NCBI GenBank assembly: GCA_028534125.1
Contig: CM052832.1
Coordinates: forward strand, 10,666,001 to 10,730,000
DNA length: 64,000 bases
Direction of reading: 5' to 3'
Source: Lama glama
Taxonomy: Eukaryota
The notes under the pieces are model-generated. The model had not been told where the DNA came from. It made no database searches and was given only the letters and a program-made list of their open reading frames with translations. Below, in pieces: positions 47,874-59,520 of the stretch. The stretch's first letter is position 1. Each line of letters begins with the position of its first letter. Made by a program: the position numbers and the translations under genes.

Positions 47874-50800
47874 GACAGCAGAGGGGGCCTAACACCCATC
47901 CTCTGAGCCCTGGAGCAGGTCTCCAGCAGCAGGGTCTGGTGATATCCTGTCCTAGCAGGCCTAACATGAGGGATGGCTGCTGAGGGACCCCAGAGCACCA
48001 GCCATGGTGAGTTCCTGAAGGAGGGCAGGGGATGGGTAGTGTGGAGAGGAGTTGGCAGGCGGAGGAGGGCCCCAAGAGCAATTTTTTCACGTGACAGTCT
48101 TGAGAGTGACTTGGGACTCAGTCCCAACGAAAGGCACTTCTACAGAGGAGCTGCCCGTGGCCTGGGGGGGGGCAGGGGGCTCCGGGGTGTCAGTGATTGA
48201 ACCCTGAGACTGAGTTTGTGGTCCAGGCAGCCCTTCCTCTCTCCAAGGGGCAGCTGAGGCCGCTCCACCCCTCCTCCGTCTTTCCACATCAGTGGTGGCC
48301 TGAGCCACGGACATGGCCATAAATAATAGTAATAATGAGAGAGTCTGTTCCAAGCGAGATGATTTTATGAAATCACATTTTTGAAAAGGTTAATTCTTCC
48401 ATCTCCCCACTTGTACTCCAATCTAGAGAGGCAAATGTGGATTAATTGGTCCCGTTTTCTCCCCGGCCTCCACAAAACCCTGACAAGATGTTTGCTTCCA
48501 CGGGGGCCCAACTTTTCCCGCAGGCTTGCCGAAGCAGCAGGCGCTGGGCCCTTCGTCCTTCTGGGGCTGGCTGACCTCCTGGTCCCAGCTTGTGACAAGT
48601 GGCGGCCCTCCCTGTGCCACCCATACCATCCTGGACAAAGGGGGCGGCATAAAGTCCAGCGGGCGGATCCACAGCTGGCCCGGGTGATCCTGGCAGACGG
48701 AGAGGTAGACGGCACAGGAGTGGGGACCTGGAGAGATCATGGGGAATGGGCTTAGAGGGCAGCGTGTGGGAGGAGCAGATGGGGGTGCAGTGGTACAAGT
48801 GGGGAGACTGGAGCGGGGGGCCCCCAGGCGTACGTATGGACTGGGCAGGATGGGTGAGTCAGAGAGGGGAAGTGAATGGAGACAGATGGACAGACTGAAT
48901 GAGGAGCTGGTGGGTAGGCCCTCTCTCTGGTCTCCACTTTGTACCTTTTCATTGATATTTTTCCCTAAATCAGGCAGAGGAATCAGGCTAAGCTGGGATG
49001 GCATCAGTGGGTCAGCTTTGTCCTTGGCCCTGCCGCTCCTTAGCTGGGCCATCTCAGACAAGCGCTGCCCAACTCTGGGCCTCAGTTTCCCCATCTGTGA
49101 AGTTAAGAGGTTGGGCAAGTTTATTCCAAACCCTCTTCCAGCTCTGCAGTGTGGGGATTATGTGAGCGAAGTTTAGGGGAAAGGGATGTGCTCTGCGGTT
49201 TTGTTGTATGAAGGCTTTGGTTTGGTAGGAGAGCATCATTGTTTTCAAGTACAATAAAGTGGACCAGCAGGGACCAGAGAGGGCAGTGAGGTGGGGGCAG
49301 GCTGTGTGGGGGTGTCTGTCCGTCTGTCTCAGGGTGCACTGGGAGGCGAGTGCGTCTATGTATGTGTGTGGGGGTGGGTATGCTTGTACAAAGGACGAAG
49401 TTTACTTCAGGCTATGTGCTTAGTGCTATGTGAAATGTTTGCTCTAACACCTTGAAACAAAATAAAATTGACCATAGTCAACACTCCTCCAGCAAGTGCT
49501 TTTTGTGTGGTGTGGCTGAGTCAGTCCCCCTCCTTTGGTTTGCTCCTAACATTTCACACTTCCTAGAGTGTCCCTAATCCTAGTCATTCCCTCACGCACC
49601 ACCCTGAAGCCTTGGGGAATACAGAGTAGACCTGCCTTCAAGGAGACAGAGAAGGCAGCACTCCTTCACATGAGGAGTGATTCACCTTTAGACCAGACCA
49701 GGCTGGTGCTGTAACTGGATTTACCCTAATTTGCAGTGGGTACAGGGAGGAGGTATTAAATCTGCTAGAGAGTTGTGGGGATCCGGGATGGCTTCCTGGA
49801 GGAGGAGACATTGACATAGATAAATTATACTGTAAGGGCCATGGGAGGCTGGGCAAATGGCTCAGTCAAGGGATAAATAGGGTGAGTGCCCAGGATGTGT
49901 GGGGACAGGAGGAGGGTTGGTCAGTTGTATGGTCGTGAGGCGAGAGGTGAGGGAGGCTTCCACAGGAAGTGACGCTTAGAGAAGATGTGGATTTGTTTTG
50001 GTGGAGGGAAGACAGCTGGGCAGAGGCGCGTTGTGTCAGGCAGGGGCCAGGCCAAGGGAGAGGAGGATGGTGTGGTTGGCACAGGACAGGCAGGTGGCCA
50101 GCACAGTGGGCTCCTGATGCCTGGTGGTTCCAGGGAAGGAAAGTCTGGGCTGGAGAGAAGACTCGGGTTCCCGGGCACCTCCTCCTCGGGGGCTCCTGAC
50201 AGGGCCAAGCCACCCATTACCCAGTAAGTTTGCTCCTGACAGACGCTCTTTCTGTTTATTCCTGTTCAAAGAGCGGGGAAGACCTAGTTCCTTCCCCGGA
50301 GCCTATTTATTCGGCTTTCTCATTTTCCAATCCAGTGACTTTACGGCTTTTTATCATTCGGCCTCATCCTCCTGACAACAAGCCATTCCTTCTCATTCTT
50401 GACCCCTGGCTGGGGAAGAAATGGGGCCACGGCCAGGGCTGGGGGCCTGGGGCCTGTGACGCAGAGCCCCTATCTGTGCGCCAGCCAGGTGGGTCTGGGG
50501 GCCCCACTCTCCACTCCACACCATCCCAAGCTGGGCTCAGTGCTCACGCCAGATCTGCCGCTGTGGGGCGAGGGGTGCAGAGGTTGGGTGGCTCTGACTG
50601 CCTCACAGCCCGGCGGTGGTGGTGGGGGGTTGGATGAGAAAGGAACTGAGGTTGAGAGAAGCAGGGAGCTGGGCGGGCAGAGTGGGACTCCCAGTATGGC
50701 AGGGGGTGCTGGGCCTGAGGGGCTCCTTGGATTTGCTCCGATCATGTATCTTCCCACACTTCTGAGGGAGGTCCCTAATCCTAGCCATTCCTTAATCCCA

Positions 50801-51599
50801 TCAACCTCGGATTGGCTGTGAAACCCATTGACTTCTCAGCATCTCCATCACGGTTCCTTGGGCTCCCAACCGCCCTCTCACCTCTGTCTTTCCCAGGGAA
50901 GAGGTCCTTGCCCCTTTCACAGCCAACCTCCCCTTCTTCCCACTGACTTTTTCGGGACACGTTCGTGGCACAGAAATGGAAGGACAGGCTCCGTGGGGTT
51001 GCTGTTTGCTGAGCCGAGGAAGACTGTAGGTTCCGGGGGGAGCACCAAGAGCCTGCGTGTTCAGTCTGGGATTCCTGTTAGACGCCCCAGTGGAAGTGAT
51101 CCGAGAGGCAAATTGTGGGTCAGGGCCAAATCAGAGCTGGGGACAGGGATCGAGACTCATCAGCATACGATGGTCTTTCCAGGGGAAGAGTAAGAAAGAA
51201 AAGAAAGGGCCAGTAAGGGCCTGGAGCCCCTCAATGTTTTGCTGAAAGAACCAGCAAAAGCAGCGGAGCAGGACAGGCCAGAGAAGAGGGGGAGCTGGGA
51301 GCACATGGCATCTGTCCCCAGTATCCTCCTAGTGTGGCCAGCCCCTGGTGGGCCACTTCATATGTGGGGCGCATGTCCCCAGGGAACAGACCAGAAAGAA
51401 CAAAGAATCAGAACCCCAGGCCCAGCCCTGCCCAGCTCCGTGGCCTCGGGCAGCTGACTTGGCCCCTCTGAACCATGCTTCTTTACTCTGCATGTGGAAA
51501 ATTCAATGAAACTGATGTGTTTTATTTACCTGGCACCTAGTAGCCACTCCATGCATATCAGTTCTCCCTCCCCTCCTTGCTCTTCCTAAAATAAACCCA

Positions 51600-51970
51600 C
51601 CATGGTGTACATCATCTCAGAAGGAAGTCCTGTAGAATTTGAGATATTGGTCTTTAAATATACTAGCTCACACTTGCCCACACCGCATCTCATCTGTTAC
51701 TTTTCTGCCCACTCTCACACACCCTTGTGGGATTCTGTAGTGTATCCCCATTGGCTTGACATTTCACTTCCTCCAAAAAACTTAGTGCCATTTGCAGATC
51801 TCCAGCTCTCACTGTGTTCTCCCTCTTCCAGAAGATACATTAAAATTTCACAATAAGACTCCCCATCCTAACGACAGGGTGCCTCTGTTGGCCATTCTCC
51901 ACCCAGGAAAGTGCCCAGCACATCTTCCAACCTTCTGCTCATTTCTAACCCAGGAACAGTGCCACTGAGA
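51600..51970 (-). mobile_element. CR1-clade LINE (Plat_L3/L3-like) reverse-transcriptase fossil
   Basis: Manual minus-strand translation across frameshifts: GHFPGWRMANRGTL...LLEEGEHSESWRSANGTKFF...VKCQANGDTLQNPTRVCE..WAEK*QMRCGVGKCELVYL, colinear with CR1 RT (W..V.SGVPQ...DLEEG..SE.SKFADDTKLF...LQ.DL.RL.EWA.KWQM.F.V.KCKV.HL). Confidence 0.8.
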
Positions 51971-52171
51971 TGCCCTTCCGCCATTCTAGGAGCCCTCTGT
52001 AAGCCCAAATGAATCCACCACGAGGCCTCACTACCCACTGAATTCCCTGAAGAGTCTTGGTGCTCTGGGGCTCAGAGCTCCTGCCCTTTTTAGAGATGCA
52101 CCCAGTTCTTACAGGATCAGAAAGTTAAACTCATTAGTCCATGGGTCCCAAGTCTCTGCTCAGGTGACTCT

Positions 52172-52658
52172 TGCAGGGGTTATAGTCCTACTGGGTTCTG
52201 CTCACTCTTCATGGAGCAGGCATCCCCCTCAACCCCACCATTTTGGTTTACACCAGCTCGCATCGCCTCCACCTGCATCTTTGGCTTAAGGGCCTTCTCT
52301 GGCCTCTGGAGCACGCTATCACCCCACCAAGTACCTAGGCCAGAAGTGCTGGGGGATTTCACTGCTGGAGCTGCCCTCAAACACTGACTGATGGGCACCT
52401 CCATCCCAGAGCCGTCACCCCTCAGCAGAGAGAACTCGGACATGGGCCCTACAAGTTGCCCGGAGGCCCCAGTGGGACTGAGCCCTATTGCCCACCATTG
52501 TAACTTGCTTGATAACACAACTTCTTATTGGCCACCTTCTCTTCTTCATATCACTTCTCCTAAACCCCTCCCAGTGTTTTCAGGGTCTACCTCCTGGATA
52601 AACTATGTGCCCTTGAATCCTAGCCTCAGGGTCTCCTAGGGGAACTTAAACCAAGACA
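52172..52658 (+). mobile_element. LTR16 family (ERVL) solo LTR
   Basis: aagggccttctctggcc..ccccagtgggactgagcc..gtaacttgcttgataacac..gataaacta..cttgaatcct..ctcagggtct..ggggaacttaaaccaagaca. Confidence 0.8.
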
Positions 52659-53889
52659 CTCCAGCTCATTGGCCCATGATAATCGAGAGTCTTTGGGCTG
52701 CAGCTGGCCTGATTCACCCTGGGTTCTTTGGGGGCTGAAAGTCCAGCCCCTGGGTCTATTCTACTTTAAGAATTCTTCCCAGCAGCCTGGCCTAGTCAGA
52801 GACCTCGTGGGGTGCCGAGCCAGAGACTTCTCTAGGTCAGGGCATTTCTGAGCACTGATGTTGGTGTTGAAAGAGTTTATCTTGTCACTGTCTGCATTGT
52901 CTGCTGATTTATCTCTGTCCAGAGGAGTGGGGCCCAGCTGCAGACAGCAAACATATTGAGTAAATTCCTAATGAACTGATTACTCAGCTTAGCATTTTAA
53001 CTGCAGCATTAAGCATCCTCTCACCCTCGTAAACATGTTGAACTACTGAAGGCATTATGGCTTCCAGGCTGGCCACTCTGTCACAGGGAAAAATTAATCT
53101 TGAGATTTAATCAAAGCCAAAACCACAAACTGCAGTAGGAAAGGGGCTTTTCTCTCCATGATGCCCAGGAGATGGCAGGGAATTCATAGATTCCTCCGAC
53201 TTGCGAGTGACCTTGAGATGTCATCTGGTTCATCCTCTATGTCTGAGTGCACACAGACCCTCTTGGCCTGATGGATGAAATCTTTTCTAGAAATGACCTG
53301 GCTGAGAAATACCCGTCTTACAGATACAAGAGTAAACCCAGAGGAAGTAGGTTGATGACCTTTCTGTACAAGGTTGGAGTACAATGCAGAAAGCAGATGT
53401 GGGGTTCTTACCTGTTCTTAGCCTCTTCTGTGAGTGTTCCACTGTGACCCTCTGATCCTTGTCTGGGAGCTTTTCTAGCAGCCAAGACTACATCTGGACT
53501 ATCACTGTGTCTTCCCTGAGCTTTCTCATCTCTCTGAACTCTGCCAGCTCCCGTGGGATCAGGCTGCGGAGTGAGTGGGGTTGGCATAACCCTTCTGTGC
53601 AGCTCTCACGTGGGTGTGCTTGTCGGTGTGCGAGGGTTCGTGAGGTCTCAGAACTGCTTTCCTCCAAGGAAGGGACGAGATCCTGCACCGCATGGCTCAA
53701 AGCTCATGGACTTAGTTTGAAGGTGCTCATAGGCAGACCTGTATGACTGGGAGGCAGCAGCTGGAAACGATTGTCTGATGTCTAGTTCCTGAAGGAGAGA
53801 CCCCAGAAGAAGGCAGTTATGTGTGGATCTGGGGGCCCTGGGCCCTTGGTTCTCAAAGAGAGGCTCTCTGGTGTGATTCTGAGTCACCT

Positions 53890-54025
53890 CGGTCCTCCCT
53901 GCTCCCAGGTCATGTCCAGACAGCTAAAAATGCAACATCTCAGGCCCCACCCAGTCCTAGTACATTAGGGTCTGCCCTTTTCTAGAGTCCCCAGGTGGTC
54001 CCTGTATGCATTTAAGCGTGTGTAG
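53890..54025. mobile_element. MER5A-like fragment
   Basis: aaatgcaacatctcaggccccacccagtcct..tccccaggtgg..tgtatgcatttaag. Confidence 0.5.
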
Positions 54026-55820
54026 CTCTGGCCCAGCCATTTAGAGAAGTGGCTTGGAGAGACAGCTTTGGGACTCAGAAGGTGCGGTAGGATCCTGCGA
54101 GGGACGCCCTCCCTCCCCCGTTCGGGCCTGCAGTTAAGCAGGTGAGAAATAGAAGTGGCCAATGGCCAGGGAGCAGAGGGAAAAATTGATGAGTGGTAGT
54201 AACTGGGCAGAGGCCTCCGGAAATGAGAGCTCTCAGGCAGCCCTGTCCCTCGACCTGTCACCACGCTCTGTCCCCGTCAGGGCCTGCCGTCTGCCTGCTA
54301 GTAAATCCTTGCTCCTGGAATGAGATAGTTTCCTTGACAGTGGGGAGGCGGCTGGTGCAGTCTCGCTGCTGAGAAGAGGTGGTGAGAGGTGGGTAGCTGG
54401 GCCCCGGCCTCGCAGAGCTGGCACAGGCCAGCAGGATGGTAAAGGATTTGCCAAAGGAGACTGACAATTCTGCCCGCTGTGTGTGCAGCGATGGCCTGGC
54501 TCCTGGCAGGGGGAGTGGATGGAGGTGGCCACGCTCTCTGCATCAGGCACGCTGACAGGAGGAGAGGCTCTGTGGGTGACCTTGAACTTGAACCAAGGAT
54601 GCTTCCAGGGATTCAGATGCTCCTCCAGGGTATTTGGGATGTAATGGCAGAACCTGTCTCAAAGCTAAGTACGACCTGACAAAAAGAAGGGCAGGAAGAC
54701 CGTGCTTGTGCCTCTGAGCTGCTGGGTCCTCTCCTCCTTCTTCCTTCTCGTGTTCTGCACCGTAGAATTGCAGCTCCTCGTTTCCTGCACTGCTTGGTGT
54801 CTCTAGACGTGCAGTGGGGTTGGCAAGGGTAGGCACCGCATAGGTGCGGTGTGACCATCACGTGAGCTGTCATGGAAAACTCCTCAGTAGAATCTGGCAC
54901 ATTGTAGGTGCTCAATAAATGGTGTCCATCACAGTGTGTCCACCAATGGAGGCTCTCGTTGACTTCCTATCAGAGGTCAAGGCTGTCCCCACTGGAGGCG
55001 GAGCGTCTCCCACCCCCACCTTCCCCAGGAAGCCCTATGACCCGGGAAGAATGGGCAAACCCCGGAGTGGAAGCCGGGACTGCACCAGCAGGAAAGCCTG
55101 GGGAGGGAGGGGTGGAGCGGAGCAGAGCCAGGAGGGTAGTGGGTAGGAGAGGAAAGCACAGTTGGCTCACAGAGCAGGAGAAGGTGGTGCAGGGGACGTG
55201 GAACAATGGGAAGCGGAGGAGGAAAGGAGCACTGCTCCGGCATCTGTTGTGTCTCTGGTACTGGCACATGTTTTTTCATTTATGCCCCACACGACCCTTA
55301 AGGTACATCTTAGTTACCCTTTGTGGATGGGGAAAGTGAGGCTCTTGGCCAGGATTAAGCTAATCAATTTTCAAAGTTCTTGACAACACTGGAACCTTCT
55401 GGGCTTTGGTGGAAGAAAAGAGAGCCCAAAGGACAGAGGAGGGGCCAGGGGACCAGAAGGGACAGAGGCTGCAGCAGGGACAGAGAGCTGGTGGCGAAGT
55501 GGGCACGGCCCCTTGGGCAGTTCAGTCATGTCCAGGCATCCCTGGCAGGTCTGTGCCACCCGGGAGCTCATTACTGTCACTTACCCGCCGGGGTGCCTGG
55601 TTCTTCTGAAGTCCTCCTCCACCCCAGCCTGTGTCGTCTCCCCCTCTGCCCGCGGCATCTGAGCCAGCCTGGCCAGGAGGAACAGGAGGCTGAGCCTGGG
55701 GACCTGTGAGGGAAGGGACAGGCAGGGTGAGGAGGTGGGGGGCAGGAGGAGGGTGCAATGGGGGAGGCTGCCAAGGCCGCTGGAGGGAGCTGAGCCCTGA
55801 CTTCAGAGAAGCTGGCAGGT

Positions 55821-55834
55821 GTCGCCATGGCAAC
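55821..55834. promoter_or_regulatory. RFX X-box motif
   Basis: GTCGCCATGGCAAC, one mismatch from the palindrome GTTGCCATGGCAAC. Confidence 0.55.
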
Positions 55835-56299
55835 CAGACAGGCAACATCTTTGAAAAAGAAAAAAGACAACAAGTTTGGTGATTTTATTTGCTATCTTTG
55901 CATCCTTTGACAGGAGAAGTGGGGGTCTTGGGGAGTGCTACAGAAGGCTGGGCAGATGTGTGGGTGGGAGTCAGAGGCAGGACCCCTCGTGAGGAGAGGA
56001 TGTGGTTCCACCCCTGAGGAAGGCTCCTCCATGTGGGCCTCAGGACCCCCAGGCCTTGGCATCCTCTCCTGATGCTGATCCAGCTACACTCCTTCCAGGC
56101 TCTGTTTCGGGATCTGGGGACTCCATGGGGCTTGTCATCTGGGTCTGGCTAAGTGACCCGCAGAGAAACCCTCTTCAGACTTGGACCCACCAGGAAGAGG
56201 GAATTTCAGAAATCAAGATTTCTCCTGTCTGTTCTCCCCCACTCCTGCCTAAAAGTACCTCCTTCATTTACACGGCACTTGAAATGTGTCCAAGAAGCA

Positions 56300-56500
56300 C
56301 AGGGAACAAAAGTCCAGACCCCAGAGTCACACTGCCTGGCTCCACCAGCCCAGCAGCATCCCTTCTGGCTACTTGGGCAAGCTGGTTAACTACGATGCCT
56401 CAGTTTCTCCACTGTGAAGCAGAGACAATGATAACATCCACCTCACTGGGTTGTTGGAAGGAGTTAACGAGTTAGTGTAAATAAAACACTTAGAATGTGT
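56300..56500 (+). mobile_element. MIR SINE
   Basis: cttgggcaagctggttaac..gcctcagtttctccactgtgaa..aatgataaca..cctcactgggttgttggaagg..aaaacacttagaa. Confidence 0.75.
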
Positions 56501-57209
56501 CACGGGTCCGGCCTGGTGCTGCAGGGTTTCTGCAGTCTTCAACCATCGGGCTGTGGAACAGAGGCCTTGGATGGCTGGGTCGTGGGACTGAGCTCCCAGC
56601 CATCCCATCTCCTGCCCCAGCCACAGGGACCTCTCAGACCTGGGCCCAGGGACCCCCAGCACACACACCCAGGTATGTGGCAGGCAGAGGAGGGGAGCCC
56701 CCTCTCCTCCCCCGTCTACTCGGACCTGCCTTTCCAGACACCTTCGGCCTGGCAGCCCGCTCAGAGTCCCTGGACCTCAGTTTCTTCAAACTGCTTCCCA
56801 TCCCTGGCATGTTAGAACTCTAAGCAAGAAAAATAAGCAAATCCAAAATAAGCTGAGTTCAATCCTCGGGGGAAGACATGTCTGCACTGACGTGACTCTG
56901 AACCAGACACTGCTTTTCAATAAGTAGTTTCCTTCCTTCCAAACCCAAGCCCAGACAGACCCAGACACTTGTCAGGGGCCCGTCAGCAATTGGTGACTCA
57001 CTCAAATTAGCATGCAGTTGCAAATAACACGTAAGTGCGCTAAAAATGTTCTCTATGGATGTTTTCCCCAGAACGGTTTTTTGGAACCTTCTCTCTGGAT
57101 GTATAGGTGACATTATTTTAGGCACCATCTTAGTTACTATGGATTTCAAAGTAATTAGGTTTTGCAGTAAGTGCCCAGTCAGCAGTCTGATATTCCTATG
57201 AACTGCAAA

Positions 57210-57690
57210 TAATAACTACCACTTGGTGAGGGCTTATGTCCCACGAGGCCCCTTCTGAGACTTGGTGATAGACATTATCAATAACTCCTAATCACAATTC
57301 TGCAGGGTAGGCTGTCTTACCCTGATTTCCAGGGGAGGAATGCGAGGCCCAGAGGTCATGGACTCGTTCAAGGTCACACAGTGACGGGGCAAGGAGTCAG
57401 GCTTCAAGTCTCAGAGCACCCAGCTCTAAGATATTTCAGCCCTAAGATGTGAGCTCTGACTTACAGGCAGCCTAGATGGCGATTAAGAGCCTGAACTCCC
57501 CACCAGATGAGGGATGGAATCCCAGCTTTACTGGTGTCTAGCTGTGTGAAATCACCTTTCAGAGCTCCGTTTCCTCATCTGAAAAACAGAGATCATACTG
57601 CTAATCTGGTGCTGTTAAAAAAGTAAGTAAGTTAATATATGCCAAGCTCTTAGAACAAAGCCTGATATGCAGTAAATGCTGAATTGGTGT
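57210..57690. mobile_element. Two adjacent MIRs in opposite orientation (minus ~57210-57420, plus ~57465-57690)
   Basis: gaggaatgcgaggcccagaggtcatggactcgttcaaggtcacacag; ctagctgtgtga..ctccgtttcctcatctgaaaaa..cttagaacaaagcctga. Confidence 0.7.
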
Positions 57691-58309
57691 TTACTTTTAT
57701 CCTTTCTACTTGCTCACGAGGCTTCCATACATATGGACCTGAAAAGGGGGAAGAGGTGCACATGTCTCTACTCAGACACTGATTTTTCAATAGTCCTTGA
57801 AATTTTCTTAGAAGCAGGACTTTAAAAAAAAAAATCGCAGGTTTTAAGCCCAAGCTATTTTCCCAAACTAATTTCATGGCTGTTCTTAGGGCTGGCTGGG
57901 CCTCACCTGGTGGAGAAAAGAAGGAATATGGAGCCAGATGGACTTGAGTTAGAATTCAGGCTCTGCCCTTCCTGAAAGTGGGACCCTGGCACAGGATTCA
58001 ACCTCCCTGGTGACCCAGGGTTTCTAGGGAGACTCTGTGGTGACACAGAGAGCCAGCGGCCCCCACCTCTAGGCCGGTCCTGCCACTAGCTTGACTGGGT
58101 TCCTGTTCTGGGTCTCAGCTTCCTTACCTGTAAATCAAGGACCTTGCTCTGTGTGGTTTTAGCAACACAGACGTAGATTTATGTCTTCCACCCAAAGTAC
58201 CCCCAACTTAGGGTGCCCCTCAGAATCCTGGGTGGCAGGACCAGGTGCTCATAGCAGGAAGGAGACAGGAGAGAGATCCTAGAAATTTCAGGAAGTGAGA
58301 GCTAGGGGA

Positions 58310-58800
58310 AACCTTTAAAAGTCACGTAGTATACTTCCCATTTTACAGATGAGAAAAGTGAGGCCCCAGCCGCAGCAGGGGAAGGGCCTTATGTGATATC
58401 AGAGCTGGAACTAGAACCCACGTGTCCTGTCTTGTAGACCCAGTGCCCTTGACGCCGTAGCCACCGTCAGCTCAGAAGTGTGAAGTCTGATCCTCCCCTC
58501 CTCTGGGTTTTTACCACTTGTCAGCTTCAGGAAAGCAAATCTTCTCAAGTGTGCTTCAGCAGAGATGGGGAGAGACACATGTCCTATTAATTGTAATGAT
58601 AATGATGAAGATAGCTGTAATTTATTGAGTGCCAGAGCCAGGCATTGTTCTAAGTGCTTTCCATGCATCCAATCCTGTGGGATGGGAACCATTCTCATCT
58701 CCCTTTACAATGAGAAAGCTGAGGCACAGAGAAGGTAGGCAGTTTGCCTGAGGTTTCCCAGCTGGTATGTGTAGGAACTTGGTCTTAATAAAATTCTAGA
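58310..58800 (-). mobile_element. Two MIR copies (~58310-58450, ~58600-58800)
   Basis: cccattttacagatgagaaaagtgaggccc; tttattgagtgcc..gccaggcattgttctaagtgcttt..gaaagctgaggcacagagaagg. Confidence 0.75.
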
Positions 58801-59069
58801 GCCTGCCTTTCACCTCTTTGTCTATACTGACTCCTTGGAATGTAGTGTTTCTACATCTCTAGTCTGTAAACGCCCAGGGAAGGGAACTTGCTGGATTTGA
58901 CGCACTTTAACTCCATCAGTATATTTGTTGAGACCTACCGTATGATCAGCAGGACGGCCCAAAACAGTGACTGGTTCTAAATTAAGTGGATCAATCTAAA
59001 ACAAATTTCAGATGTGGCCTCTGACATACTATACAGGTGTGTGAGCACACCTACACATGCACGCATTCA

Positions 59070-59071
<2 letters not shown>

Positions 59072-59102
<31 letters not shown>
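59072..59102. repeat. (CA)n microsatellite
   Basis: Seen directly. Confidence 0.95.
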
Positions 59103-59109
<7 letters not shown>

Positions 59110-59329
59110 GTGCATTAGAAAAGGCCGAGAGCCTGGTCAAGCAGCAAGTGTACTGAATTCAGAGAACCAGAGCTCCTAGTTCAAGTCCTGGTCTCACTGC
59201 TGTCCAGCCAAGGGATGCTTGGCAGGTTCATTTGTCTGCCCTGTGAGAGATGGTGCTGTGTCTATATCATTTGCTCCTGAATTACCAGTTCTTCTCACTC
59301 AACAAATGAATAGATTATTTCCTCATTTC

Positions 59330-59520
59330 TGCTTTCTAGCTGTGTGACCATTGGCAACTTACTCAACCTCTCTGTTCCTGTTTCTCCCATTTGTAAAATA
59401 AGGATAATAATTGTACCTGTTCATAAGACTATTGCAAGGATTAAATGAACTGATATGAATAAAGGACTTAGAATGTGGCACAGAGTAAATATGCACAAAT
59501 ATTAACCATGTTGGTGGTGA
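59330..59520 (+). mobile_element. MIR SINE
   Basis: ctagctgtgtgaccattggcaacttactcaacctctctg..tgtaaaataaggataata..ggattaaatga. Confidence 0.9.
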
